DNA of 64,000 nt from Eledone cirrhosa (lineage: Eukaryota). The notes beneath the pieces were generated by a model. The model did not search any database. It was not told the DNA's origin and saw nothing but the letters and a program-made list of their open reading frames with translations. The DNA is taken from contig OZ024757.1 in assembly GCA_964016885.1 (NCBI GenBank), positions 20,150,001 through 20,214,000 on the forward strand, read 5' to 3'. Below, piece by piece: positions 12,628 to 25,000 of this stretch. Every line of letters starts with the position of its first letter. The first letter of the stretch is position 1. The translations under genes and the position numbers were made by a program.

Positions 12628-14100
12628 GAAATTATTGTGTACAGTGCTCAGGTGCACTGTAACTCATCAAAGGTGCATGCATAGTACATAGAATAATGTA
12701 CAAATGTCAGGAAAGTGAACAGTGTATGAGTTATGATATACATGTGCGCGTGTGTATGGAGGCGAAATATTAGGTGTAGTGTTGGCGTATCTTGGGGAGC
12801 ATGGAGGTTTTAAAGGATGCAGTGTCTCGACAGCTAACAACTGATGCAGGTAGTTTGTTCCATGGAGGTTTTAAAGGATGCAATGTCTCGACAGCTAACA
12901 ACTGATGCAGGTAGTTTGTTCCATGGAGGTGTGAAAGGATGCAGTGTCCCGACAGCTAACAACTGATGCAGGTAGTTTGTTCCATGGAGGTTTTAAAGGA
13001 TGCAATGTCTCGACAGCTAACAACTGATGCAGGTAGTTTGTTCCATGGAGGTGTTAAAGGATGCAGTGTCCCGACAGCTAACAACTGATGCAGGTAGTTT
13101 GTTCCATGGAGGTTTTAAAGGATGCAATGTCTCGACAGCTAACAACTGATGCAGGTAGTTTGTTCCATGGAGGTGTGAAAGGATGCAGTGTCCCGACAGC
13201 TAACAACTGATGCAGGTAGTTTGTTCCATGGAGGTTTTAAAGGATGCAATGTCTCGACAGCTAACAACTGATGCAGGTAGTTTGTTCCATGTAGGTGTGA
13301 AAGGATGCAGTGTCCCGACAGCTAACAACTGATGCAGGTAGTTTGTTCCATGGAGGTTTTAAAGGATGCAGTGTCTCGACATCTAACAACTGATGCAGGT
13401 AGTTTGTTCCATGGATGGTTTAAAGGATGCAGTGTCTCGACAGCTAACAACTGATGCAGGTAGTTTGTTCCATGGAGGTTTTAAAGGATGCAATGTCTCG
13501 ACAGCTAACAACTGATGCAGGTAGTTTGTTCCATGGAGGCCTTAAAGGATGCAGTGTCTCGACAGCTAACAACTGATGTAGGTAGTTTGTTCCATGGATG
13601 GTTTAAAGGATGCAGTGTCTCGACAGCTAACAACTGATGCAGGTAGTTTGTTCCATGGATGGTTTAAAGGATGCAGTGTCTCGACAGCTAACAACTGATG
13701 CAGGTAGTTTGTTCCATGGAGGTTTTAAAGGATGCAATGTCTCGACAGCTAACAACTGATGCAGGTAGTTTGTTCCATGGAGGCCTTAAAGGATGCAGTG
13801 TCTCGACAGCTAACAACTGATGTAGGTAGTTTGTTCCATGGATGGTTTAAAGGATGCAGTGTCTCGACAGCTAACAACTGATGCAGGTAGTTTGTTCCAT
13901 GGATGGTTTAAAGGATGCAGTGTCTCGACAGCTAACAACTGATGTAGGTAGTTTGTTCCATGCTTCAGCAGCTCTGAGAATGAAAAAAATGTTTCCAAAA
14001 GTCATGGGAGCTGTGCTGTTTTCTGACTTTGTAGGCATGCCCACGTGTGTTAGACACATGGAGATCAAAAAGGTGCTCAGAGTTGTTGTTGGCAATGTTT
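12628..14100 (-). mobile_element. CR1-like LINE 3' fragment containing a 61-bp tandem array
   Basis: Flanks match the unexpanded CR1-like fragment at 55385-55980. Confidence 0.85.
12800..13963. repeat. 61-bp minisatellite, ~19 copies
   Basis: Unit CATGGAGGTTTTAAAGGATGCAGTGTCTCGACAGCTAACAACTGATGCAGGTAGTTTGTTC. Confidence 0.95.
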
Positions 14101-14776
14101 GTTCTCAGTGAGTCTTGGTTTCCTCGGTGTGATGTTTGTTAGTTAGAGAAGTCTGGTGACTCTGTGGTTAGTATGTTCACTCTCGGTCAGTCTCGGTCAG
14201 TTCCCACCCCATAATCCTGTTTCAATCAACAGAAAAATGGGGTGTGAAAAATCTCAGCTCAATCGGACAACTGTTAGGTGACCCTCAAATGCCTTGAAGT
14301 TGGAACATAGTATAGACAATGATTAATTCAGTTGAAAAGTAGTATACTGTTCCCAATCTCAACCATTTTCTTTTTTCTTCTTAGAGAAATTTATGTGGAC
14401 ACATCCAGGCAACCGCAGCTAATGTATATATATATATATATATATACATTGTATATATATATATATATATAACCCCATACTGATATATGTATATAAGCTA
14501 CTCTCCTCCTTCTCATCATTCAATTCCTCCCCTTCCCCTTCCTTCTCTACCTCACCCCTCCCTCCCTTGCCCCACTCCCCTTTTTCTCTCTTTCCTTTCC
14601 TTTTCTCATTGGTCTCCTTGCTCTCTTTTCTCATTGCTCTCCTTGCTCTCTTTTCTCTCCTTGCTCTTCTTTTCTCCTTGTATCTATGTACTTGTTTATA
14701 TACAAATACAATGAGAAAAGGGGAGCAAGGAGAAATATGAAAGCAATGATCGTAAGGAGAGTATATATATATATAT

Positions 14777-15166
14777 GGAGGCACATGGCTTAGTGGTTAG
14801 AGCATTGGCCTTGCAATCAAAAGGTTGTGAGTTCAATTCTCAGACCGGGTGATGTGTTGTTTCCTTGAGCAAGACACTTTATTTCACATTGCCCCAGTTT
14901 ACTCAGCTGTAGAAATGAGATGATAGGACTGGGGTCCCTATCATTCCACTGCAAAGTGGTCGTGGAGGTGCCACGGCAAAAAAGCACCCAGCCCACACTG
15001 CAAAGTGGTCGTGCAGGTGTCACGGAAAAAAAGCCCCAGCACTCACTGTAAACGAGGTTGGTGTTAGGAAGGGCATCCAGCTGTAGAAATCAAGCCAGAA
15101 TCAGTTCCCGTCCCACCCTTGCAAGCAGGGAAAAGCGGATGTAAAATGAAATGATGATGATGATGA
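14777..15166 (+). mobile_element. tRNA-derived SINE (family 2), full length
   Basis: A box TGGCTTAGTGG, B box GAGTTCAATTC, central CCTTGAGCAAGACACTT, tail GTTAGGAAGGGCATCCAGCTGTAGAAA..(TGA)n. Confidence 0.85.
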
Positions 15167-15460
15167 TATATATAGATAAAAATAGACCGTAAAACAAGAT
15201 GTCAGTCATCAGTAGCCTGCTGATTATCATTGCTATTTCTTCGCATTAAAGACTAGATACCTAAAATCAGTGCGAGCGATAACTAAATTAAGTTATCGGG
15301 ACAGAGGAAAACAGAGGAAAGGAAACAAACAACATGGTAGTAATGCAAAATAAGGGCCACCCTAACACACACAGGGGTGTGTGGGTGTTTGTTTATGGAA
15401 GGGGAATATCAGGTGCAGTGTTGGCGAATTTCGGGAAGCATGGAAGTTTTGAAGTGTCCC

Positions 15461-15579
15461 AGTGATGGTTGTGATGATGATGATGGTGATGATGATGGTG
15501 GTAGTAGTGATGAGGATGGTAGTGATGGTGATGACAACAATGATGGTGATGATAACAATGATGATGATGGTGATGATGG

Positions 15580-15611
<32 letters not shown>

Positions 15612-15950
15612 GTGGTAATGATGGTGATGACAAAAATGATGATGATGATGATGATGGTGATGACAACAATGATGATGATGATGGTGATGATAATGATAAG
15701 GATGATGGTAATGATAATGATGATGATGGTGATTATGATAATGATGATAGTAGTGATGGTGATGATGGTGATGGTAGTGATAATGATGACGATGATGATG
15801 ATGATGACAGTGACAATGATGATGATGATGACAGTGACAATGATGATGACGATGATGATGATGATGACAGTGACAATGATGATGATGACAATGAAGATGA
15901 CAATGATGATGATGATGACAATGATGATGACAGTGACAATGATGATGATG
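15461..15950. repeat. (GAT)n-based imperfect trinucleotide array
   Basis: Directly visible. Confidence 0.95.
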
Positions 15951-16088
15951 GCTATATGTGAAGCTGACAGGAGTGTCTGTTGAGAGGTGACAGCTACCAA
16001 CACTGTTAGTACTTACTAAATGACTGATGTCTTTCTTTAGATTTACTTAACTTCAAATAAACACGCAACAAAAGAATCTAAGATGTCC

Positions 16089-16136
<48 letters not shown>

Positions 16137-16379
16137 GTCTCAAGAGCGTGAAACTAATAAACCTTTGTTCGTACTGCCTCTCTGTTTTGTTCCCGTTCAA
16201 TTTTTCACTATATATATACATACATACACACTTATATATACATATATACATATATATAGAAATGTATATACATACACACATATATACATATATATAGAAA
16301 CATATATACATACACACATATATACATATAGAAACATATATACATACACACATATATACATATAGAAACATATATACAT

Positions 16380-16461
<82 letters not shown>

Positions 16462-16463
<2 letters not shown>

Positions 16464-16797
16464 AGGCACATGGCTCAGTGGTTAGAGCATTGGGCTTGCA
16501 ATCGAAAGGTTGTGAGTTCAATTCTCAGACCAGGTGATGTGTTGTTTCCTTGAGCAAGACACTTTATTTCACATTGCTCCAGTTTACTCAGCTGTAGAAA
16601 TGAGATGATAGGGACTGGGGTCCCTATCATTCCACTGCAAAGTGGTCGTGGAGGTGCCACGTTAAAAGAGCACCCAGCACTCACTGTAAATGAGGTTGGT
16701 GTTAGGAAGGGCATCCAGCTGTAGAAATCAAGCCAGAATCAGTTCCCGTCCCACCCTTGCAATCAGGGAAAAGCGGACGTAAAATGATGATGATGAT
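16462..16797 (+). mobile_element. tRNA-derived SINE (family 2), full length
   Basis: Close match to 14777-15166. Further copies: 23750-23990(-), 27678-27800(+), 31468-31800(-), 42260-42425(+), 54931-55190(+), 63948-64000(+). Confidence 0.85.
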
Positions 16798-16980
16798 ATA
16801 TATTTATTAGTTATGTAATAAACAACATAAGATAATTATTTTATTTACCAGCGGTTTCTTGAAGGCAGATTCTGACAACTGCAGACAGATGGTTGTTCTC
16901 TTTCCTTGATCTATATATTAACATTGTCGAATGCATCCATCTACTTCAGCTGCCGTTGTATCAATACACTATAGATACAC

Positions 16981-17013
<33 letters not shown>

Positions 17014-17085
17014 CATACACACACATATGTTGATTTAACACTTCACTGCTCGCAAGTTATTTTTAAGCTTCATATCATGTCTCCC

Positions 17086-17156
17086 TATTTTATCTGATGA
17101 GAACGCAAATATCATCCCATGATGATATTTGTTTTTGAAATGCGTATAATAAAATA
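17086..17156 (+). ncRNA. Hammerhead ribozyme motif (type B) in a ~260-bp (TA)n-flanked element (17025-17281)
   Basis: TATTTTAT-CTGATGA-GAAC GCAAATATCATC CCAT GATGATATTTGT TTTT-GAAA-TGCGTA-TA-ATAAAATA: 8-bp stem I, 12-bp stem II, near-palindromic stem III. Confidence 0.75.
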
Positions 17157-17280
17157 CATGGAACTCTTTTAACCATCTTTTGATCTTATATTATTTATAC
17201 TCCAGTCCTATAAACTGTTGAGTGCTACTTATCCGATATTTGCATTGCTTTATTGTGCTACAATAAAACACACCTCCTAC

Positions 17281-17311
<31 letters not shown>

Positions 17312-17316
17312 CGTGC

Positions 17317-17348
<32 letters not shown>

Positions 17349-18484
17349 ATAAGATGCATTATTGTCATTCAACAGCAAACAATTTTTTCTCAACAATAAG
17401 TCATTAATAGCTTTATAGAAGACCACAGATAAGAGAGAGAGAGAGGGGAGGTGACAGAGAGAGGGACAGAGTGAGAGAGAGGGACGGAGGCAGAGAGAGA
17501 GGGACAGAGGCAGAGAGAGAGAGAGAAGGGGGTGAGAGGGTAGGGGGGTGGGGTGGGGGGAGAATCAGAGGTTAAGAACTTTATAGAATACCAGAGAGCG
17601 AAATAGAGAAAGAAAGGAGACAGAGAGAGAGAGATAAAGAGAGAGAGAGAGGTTGTAATGTGGGAGAATGATACAGGTTCCTCTAAGTACATGTCTAACT
17701 AATCCAACACTGTCTCTCACACACACACACACACTCTCACACACACACACACACACTCACACTCTCTCTCTCACACACACACACACTCACATACAAACAT
17801 ACTCTCTCTCACACACATACTCTCTCACACACACACATACTCACTCTCACACACACACACACACACTCATTCTCACACACACTCATTCTCACACACACTC
17901 ATTCACACACACACTCATTCTCTCACACACACATGCTCTTTCATTCTCTCTCTCTTTGACACATACACACACACACACACACTCTTTCTCACACACACAC
18001 ACACTCTCTCTCCCTCTCTCACAGCTGTGTCTGTCCATCAGGTTCTACAAGTATGCCAGTGGAAAACATGACCTATGTATTGTTTTTGTTTTTGTTATTA
18101 TTGTTGTTGTTGTTGTTGTTATCCATGTATTTAACTCTCAACATCCTGTATCACATGAAGCCACATTAGCAAAATATTCTTAAAAAGTACAAAACTGCTT
18201 GGCAGTGTCGGTAAAGGGTCAGATGCCATGCCTTACAGCATAGAGTTATGCCCCTTTATGGTCTGAGTTCAAATCCCACCAAGGTTAACTTTGCCTTTCA
18301 TCCTTACGGGGTTGATAAAATAAAGTACCAGTAATACACTGGGGTATTTAGTGGCCTTGTGCCAAAAGTAGAAACAAATATTATTCTTTACCTTAGTTTA
18401 GTGCCCCCCCCCCCAACCTTAAATGCCCAGGGCCTCACAAACCTTAAGTGCTTAGGGTTCCCAAACCTGAAGTGTGAAGTGGTA

Positions 18485-21400
18485 GTGTATGGGTGGTAGT
18501 GTGTGAGTGGTAGAAAGGTTGTGGTAGTGTGTGGGTGGTAGAAAGGTTGTGGTAGTGTGTGGGTGGTAGAAAGGTTGTGGTAGTATGTGGGTGGTAGAAA
18601 GGTTGTGGTAGTGTGTGGGTGGTAGAAAGGTTGTGGTAGTGTGTGGGTGGTAGAAAGGTTGTGGTAGTGTGTGAGTGGTAGAAAGGTTGTGGTAGTGTGT
18701 GGGTGGTAGAAAGGTTGTGGTAGTGTGTGGGTGGTAGAAAGGTTGTGGTAGTGTGTGGGTGGTAGAAAGGTTGTGGTAGTGTGTGGGTCATAGAAAGGTT
18801 GTGGTAGTGTGTGGGTGGTAGAAAGGTTGTGGTAGTGTGTGGGTGTTAGAAACGTTGTGGTAGTGTGTGAGTGGTAGAAAGGTTGTGGTAGTATGTGGGT
18901 GGTAGAAAGGTTGTGGTAGTGTGTGGGTGGTAGAAAGGTTGTGGTAGTGTGTGGGTGGTAGAAAGGTTGTGGTAGTGTGTGAGTGGTAGAAAGGTTGTGG
19001 TAGTATGTGGGTGGTAGAAAGGTTGTGGTAGTGTGTGGGTGGTAGAAAGGTTGTGGTAGTGTGTGGGTGGTAGAAAGGTTGTGGTAGTGTGTGGGTGGTA
19101 GAAAGGTTGTGGTAGTGTGTGGGTCATAGAAAGGTTGTGGTAGTGTGTGGGTGGTAGAAAGGTTGTGGTAGTGTGTGGGTGTTAGAAACGTTGTGGTAGT
19201 GTGTGAGTGGTAGAAAGGTTGTGGTAGTGTGTGGGTGGTAGAAAGGTTGTGGTAGTGTGTGTGTGGTAGAAAGGTTGTGGTAGTGTGTGGGTGGTAGAAA
19301 GGTTGTGGTAGTGTGTGAGTGGTAGAAAGGTTGTGGTAGTGTGTGGGTGGTAGAAAGGTTGTGGTAGTGTGTGTGTGGTAGAAAGGTTGTGGTAGTGTGT
19401 GGGTGGTAGAAAGGTTGTGGTAGTGTGTGTGTGGTAGAAAGGTTGTGGTAGTGTGTGGGTGGTAGAAAGGTTGTGGTAGTGTGTGGGTGGTAGAAAGGTT
19501 GTGGTAGTGTGTGGGTGGTAGAAAGGTTGTGGTAGTGTGTGGGTGGTAGAAAGGTTGTGGTAGTGTGTGAGTGGTAGAAAGGTTGTGGTAGTGTGTGGGT
19601 GGTAGAAAGGTTGTGGTAGTGTGTGGGTGGTAGAAAGGTTGTGGTAGTGTGTGGGTGGTAGAAAGGTTGTGGTAGTGTGTGGGTGGTAGAAAGGTTGTGG
19701 TAGTGTGTGGGTGGTAGAAAGGTTGTGGTAGTGTGTGGGTGGTAGAAAGGTTGTGGTAGTGTGTGAGTGGTAGAAAGGTTGTGGTAGTATGTGGGTGGTA
19801 GAAAGGTTGTGGTAGTGTGTGAGTGGTAGAAAGGTTGTGGTAGTATGTGGGTGGTAGAAAGGTTGTGGTAGTGTGTGTGTGGTAGAAAGGTTGTGGTAGT
19901 GTGTGGGTGGTAGAAAGGTTGTGGTAGTGTGTGGGTGGTAGAAAGGTTGTGGTAGTGTGTGGGTCATAGAAAGGTTGTGGTAGTGTGTGGGTGGTAGAAA
20001 GGTTGTGGTAGTGTGGGTGGTAGAAAGGTTGTGGTAGTGTGTGGGTGGTAGAAAGGTTGTGGTAGTGTGTGGGTGTTAGAAACGTTGTGGTAGTGTATGA
20101 GTGGTAGAAAGGTTGTGGTAGTGTGTGGGTGGTAGAAAGGTTGTGGTAGTGTGTGAGTGGTAGAAAGGTTGTGGTAGTGTGTGAGTGGTAGAAAGGTTGT
20201 GGTAGTGTGTGGGTGGTAGAAAGGTTGTGGTAGTGTGTGGGTGGTAGAAAGGTTGTGGTAGTGTGTGGGTGGTAGAAAGGTTGTGGTAGTGTGTGGGTGG
20301 TAGAAAGGTTGTGGTAGTGTGTGGGTGTTAGAAACGTTGTGGTAGTGTGTGGGTGGTAGAAAGGTTGTGGTAGTGTGTGGGTCATAGAAAGGTTGTGGTA
20401 GTGTGTGGGTGGTAGAAAGGTTGTGGTAGTGTGTGGGTGGTAGAAATGTTGTGGTAGTGTGTGGGTGGTAGAAAGGTTGTGGTAGTGTGTGGGTGGTAGA
20501 AAGGTTGTGGTAGTGTGTGGGTGGTAGAAAGGTTGTGGTAGTGTGTGGGTGGTAGAAAGGTTGTGGTAGTGTGTGGGTGGTAGAAAGGTTGTGGTAGTGT
20601 GTGTGTGGTAGAAAGGTTGTGGTAGTGTGTGGGTGGTAGAAAGGTTGTGGTAGTGTGTGTGTGGTAGAAAGGTTGTGGTAGTGTGTGGGTGTTAGAAACG
20701 TTGTGGTAGTGTGTGGGTGGTAGAAAGGTTGTGGTAGTGTGTGTGTGTGGTAGAAAGGTTGTGGTAGTGTGTGGGTGGTAGAAAGGTTGTGGTAGTGTGT
20801 GGGTGGTAGAAAGGTTGTGGTAGTGTGTGTGTGGTAGAAAGGTTGTGGTAGTGTGTGGGTGTTAGAAACGTTGTGGTAGTGTGTGGGTGGTAGAAAGGTT
20901 GTGGTAGTGTGTGGGTGTTAGAAACGTTGTGGTAGTGTGTGGGTGGTAGAAAGGTTGTGGTAGTGTGTGGGTGGTAGAAAGGTTGTGGTAGTGTGTGGGT
21001 CATAGAAAGGTTGTGGTAGTGTGTGGGTGGTAGAAAGGTTGTGGTAGTGTGTGGGTGGTAGAAAGGTTGTGGTAGTGTGTGGGTCATAGAAAGGTTGTGG
21101 TAGAAAGGTTGTGGTAGTGTGTGGGTGGTAGAAAGGTTGTGGTAGTGTGTGAGTGGTAGAAAGGTTGTGGTAGTGTGTGGGTGGTAGAAAGGTTGTGGTA
21201 GTGTGTGGGTGGTAGAAAGGTTGTGGTAGTGTGTGGGTGGTAGAAAGGTTGTGGTAGTGTGTGGGTGGTAGAAAGATTGTGGTAGTGTGTGACTGGTAGA
21301 AAGGTTGTGGTAGTGTGTGAGTGGTAGAAAGGTTGTGGTAGTGTGTGGGTGGTAGAAAGGTTGTGGTAGTATGTGGGTGGTAGAAAGGTTGTGGTAGTGT

Positions 21401-21800
21401 GTGGGTGGTAGAAAGGTTGTGGTAGTGTGTGAGTGGTAGAAAGGTTGTGGTAGTGTGTGGGTGGTAGAAAGGTTGTGGTAGTGTGTGGGTGGTAGAAAGG
21501 TTGTGGTAGTGTGTGGGTGGTAGAAAGGTTGTGGTAGTGTGTGGGTGGTAGAAAGGTTGTGGTAGTGTGTGGGTGGTAGAAAGATTGTGGTAGTGTGTGA
21601 CTGGTAGAAAGGTTGTGGTAGTGTGTGAGTGGTAGAAAGGTTGTGGTAGTGTGTGGCTGGTAGAAAGGTTGTGGTAGTGTGTGGGTGGTAGAAAGGTTGT
21701 GGTAGTGTGTGGGTAGTAGAAAGGTTGTGGTAGTGTGTGACTGGTAGAAAGGTTGTGGTGGTGTGTGGGTGGTAGAAAGGTTGTGGTAGTGTGTGGGTGG
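18485..21800. repeat. 28-bp G/T-rich minisatellite, ~118 copies
   Basis: Unit GGTGGTAGAAAGGTTGTGGTAGTGTGTG. Confidence 0.97.
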
Positions 21801-21866
21801 TTGTGAGTTGGAAGTTTTATTCCCTTATCCCATTCTCAAGGACCTTCATCTCTTTTCCATTTTCAG

Positions 21867-22015
21867 CCCACAGAGCAGTTATTAATAACGCGACAAAATA
21901 CTCAATACACATACGAGACAGACAGCTTTGAAACCAATATTGCAAGTGAAGAAGTGGATCTCTCTACGCAACAGATCCATATACCCGAAGACTATATTAC
22001 TAAAATTAAAACTAA
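21867..22015 (+). CDS. CCDC180: CCDC180-like exon (PTEQLLITRQ...YITKIKT)
   Basis: ttttcag / gtaagt, phase 0 to 2. Confidence 0.75.
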
Positions 22016-25000
22016 GTAAGTGAAGTTCTTCAAATTCGGTTTCTGTTGTCTGTTCAATGTATAGTATATTGTCTACTTGCACATACGGGGTTGGCGCAAA
22101 CAACATAGGGCACAGACCTCAGAGAGGTGAATTACTGGACTTTAAAGGGTCTCAGTTTTATACAGAGTTGGTGTTACCATGATGGCCAACTAGGGCAGCC
22201 AACTAGGGCAGCCAACTAGGGTACAGACCTCAGAGAGGTGAATTTCTGGACTTTAAAGGGTCACAGTTTTATACAGAGTTGGTGTTACCATGATGGCCAA
22301 CTAGGGCAGCCAACTAGGGTACAGACCTCAGAGGTGAATTACTGGACTTTAAAGGGTCACAGTTTTATACAGAGTTGGTGCTACCATGATGGCCAACTAG
22401 GGCAGCCAACTAGGGCAGCCAACTAGGGCACAGACCTGAGAGAGGTGAATTACTGGACTTTAAAGGGTCACAGTTTTATACCGAGTTGGTGCTACCATGA
22501 TGACCAACTAGGGCAGCCAACTAGGGTACAGACCTCAGAGAGGTGAATTACTGGACTTTAAAGGGTCACAGTTTTATACCGAGTTGGTGTTACCATGATG
22601 GCCAACTAGGGCAGCCAACTAGGGTACAGGCCTCAGAGAGGTGAATTACTGGACTTTAAAGGGTCACAGTTTTATACAGAGTTGGTGCTACCATGATGGC
22701 CAACTAGGGCAGCCAACTAGGGTACAGACCTCAGAGAGGTGAATTACTGGACTTTAAAGGGTCACAGTTTTATACAGAGTTGGTGCTACCATGATGGCCA
22801 ACTAGGGCAGCCAACTAGGGTACAGACCTCAGAGAGGTGAATTACTGGACTTTAAAGGGTCACAGTTTTATACAGAGTTGGTGTTACCATGATGGCCAAC
22901 TAGGGCAGCCAACTAGGGCAGCCAACTAGGGCACAGACCTGAGAGAGGTGAATTACTGGACTTTAAAGGGTCACAGTTTTATACAGAGTTGGTGCTACCA
23001 TGAGGGCCAACTAGGGCAGCCAACTAGGGTACAGACCTCAGAGAGGTGAATTACTGGACTTTAAAGGGTCACAGTTTTATACAGAGTTGGTGCTACCATG
23101 ATGGCCAACTAGGGCAGCCAACTAGGGCACAGACCTGAGAGAGGTGAATTACTGGACTTTAAAGGGTCACAGTTTTATACAGAGTTGGTGTTACCATGAT
23201 GGCCAACTAGGGCAGCCAACTAGGGCAGCCAACTGGGGTACAGACCTCAGAGAGGTGAATTACTGGACTTTAAAGGGTCACAGTTTTATACAGAGTTGGT
23301 GCTACCATGATGGTCAACTAGGGCACAGACCTGAGAGGTGCATTCCTGGACCTTAAAAGGTCATAGTTTTACACAGGGTTGGTGCTACCATTAAGGCCAA
23401 CTAGGGCAGCCAACTAGGGTACAGGCCTCAGAGAGGTGAATTACTGGACTTTAAAGGGTCTCAGTTTTACACAGGGTTGGTGCTACCATTAAGGCCAACT
23501 AGGGCAGCCAACTAGGGCACAGACCTCTGAGAGGTACATTACTGGGTCATAACAAATCTTTTTGTTTTCTGCAGCATATGCATGAATATATTGAACCACC
23601 TGGATCTGTGGTCTGTAGAAGCTGTCAAGAAAAGTAAACAATTAGTAGAATACAAGGTAGGACACACACTAAAATATGTTTTGTTATATTACTAATCGGA
23701 CCGAGGAAACAATGTTTCCGTTGGTCTTTCCAATTGCTAATAGTCTCTATCATCATCATCACCGTTTTACGTCCGTTCTTCCACGCTAGCATGGGTTAGA
23801 CGGGTTGTCCTGTTGTGGGCAGTGTCTGGTCGGCTGACCATGCCTTGCTCATACAGGAACTGATCTGGCTTGATTTCTACTACAGCTGGATGCCCTTCCT
23901 AACACCAACCTCATTTACAGTGAGTGCTGGGTGCTTTTTCGTGGCGCCTACACGTCCACTTTACAGTGTGGGCTGGGTGCTTTTATACCGGGCTCTCTAT
24001 ATCGGGCGCAACTCCAGGTAGAAGGAACAACGTGATAATATGGAATCTATGAGATTTTGATAGAATTTATTTTGAGAACAATACCTTAACATAAGTATGA
24101 GCGGCTGGTTACAGCCAGTTTCAACAGAAAGAGGTAGAGAATTCTGGCTGGTTTTGGGCGGTTTGAACATTAAAGGGTTAATGCGAAGAAATGGCCAGTA
24201 GATCACTGATGATGGATAGTCCCGGCTTCTCTTTCTAATTTTGACTCCATATATATATATATATATTGTATTTTCGGGGTAAAGGCTTTACTTCACATAA
24301 TTACCTCACATAATATCGAATTTGAGATTTATATATTATTTATTTTGAGAATAATACCTTAACATCAGTATGAGCGGCTGGTTACAGCCGGTTTGAACAG
24401 AAAGAGGTGAGAGAATTCTGGCCAGATATGGCCAGTTTAAATGCTAACGGGTTAAGGTATTGTTCTGAAAAGAAATAATTGTTTCTACTTTAGGCACAAG
24501 GCCAGCAATTACCCAGTACATTACTGGTACTTTATTTTATCGACCCTGTAAGGATGAAAGGCAAAGTTAACCTCGGCGGGATTTGAACTCGGACTGTAAA
24601 GGGACGTAACTGTGTGCTGCAAAGTATGGTTTCTGATGCTCTACCAATACTGCCATAAATAATAACATCATTAAACTCTCAGATTCCATATCAGATGAGA
24701 TAATTATATCCAGCCAGAATTCTCTCACCCCTTTCTGTTCAAACCAGTCATAACGGGCCACTCATACTGGTGTTAAGGTATTGTTCTCAAAATATATAAT
24801 ATCAAAATCTGGTAGATTTGATATTATGTGAGATAAAGCCTTTACCATGAAAATACAATAGTATATATAGAGTAATGTGAATGTTATGCGAGATATTATG
24901 TGAGGTAAAGCCTTTACTGTGAAACTACAATAGTATATATAGAGTAATGTGAATGTTATGTGAGATATTATGTGAGGTAAAGCCTTTACCATGAAAATAT

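Noticed and set aside
14777-14850. tRNA gene (also other SINE heads)
   Set aside because: A/B boxes are present but there is no full cloverleaf, and the sequence continues into a multi-copy SINE body.
18388-20385. 665-aa His/Thr/Pro-rich ORF
   Set aside because: A 28-aa period arising from three 28-bp satellite units; no evidence of coding constraint.
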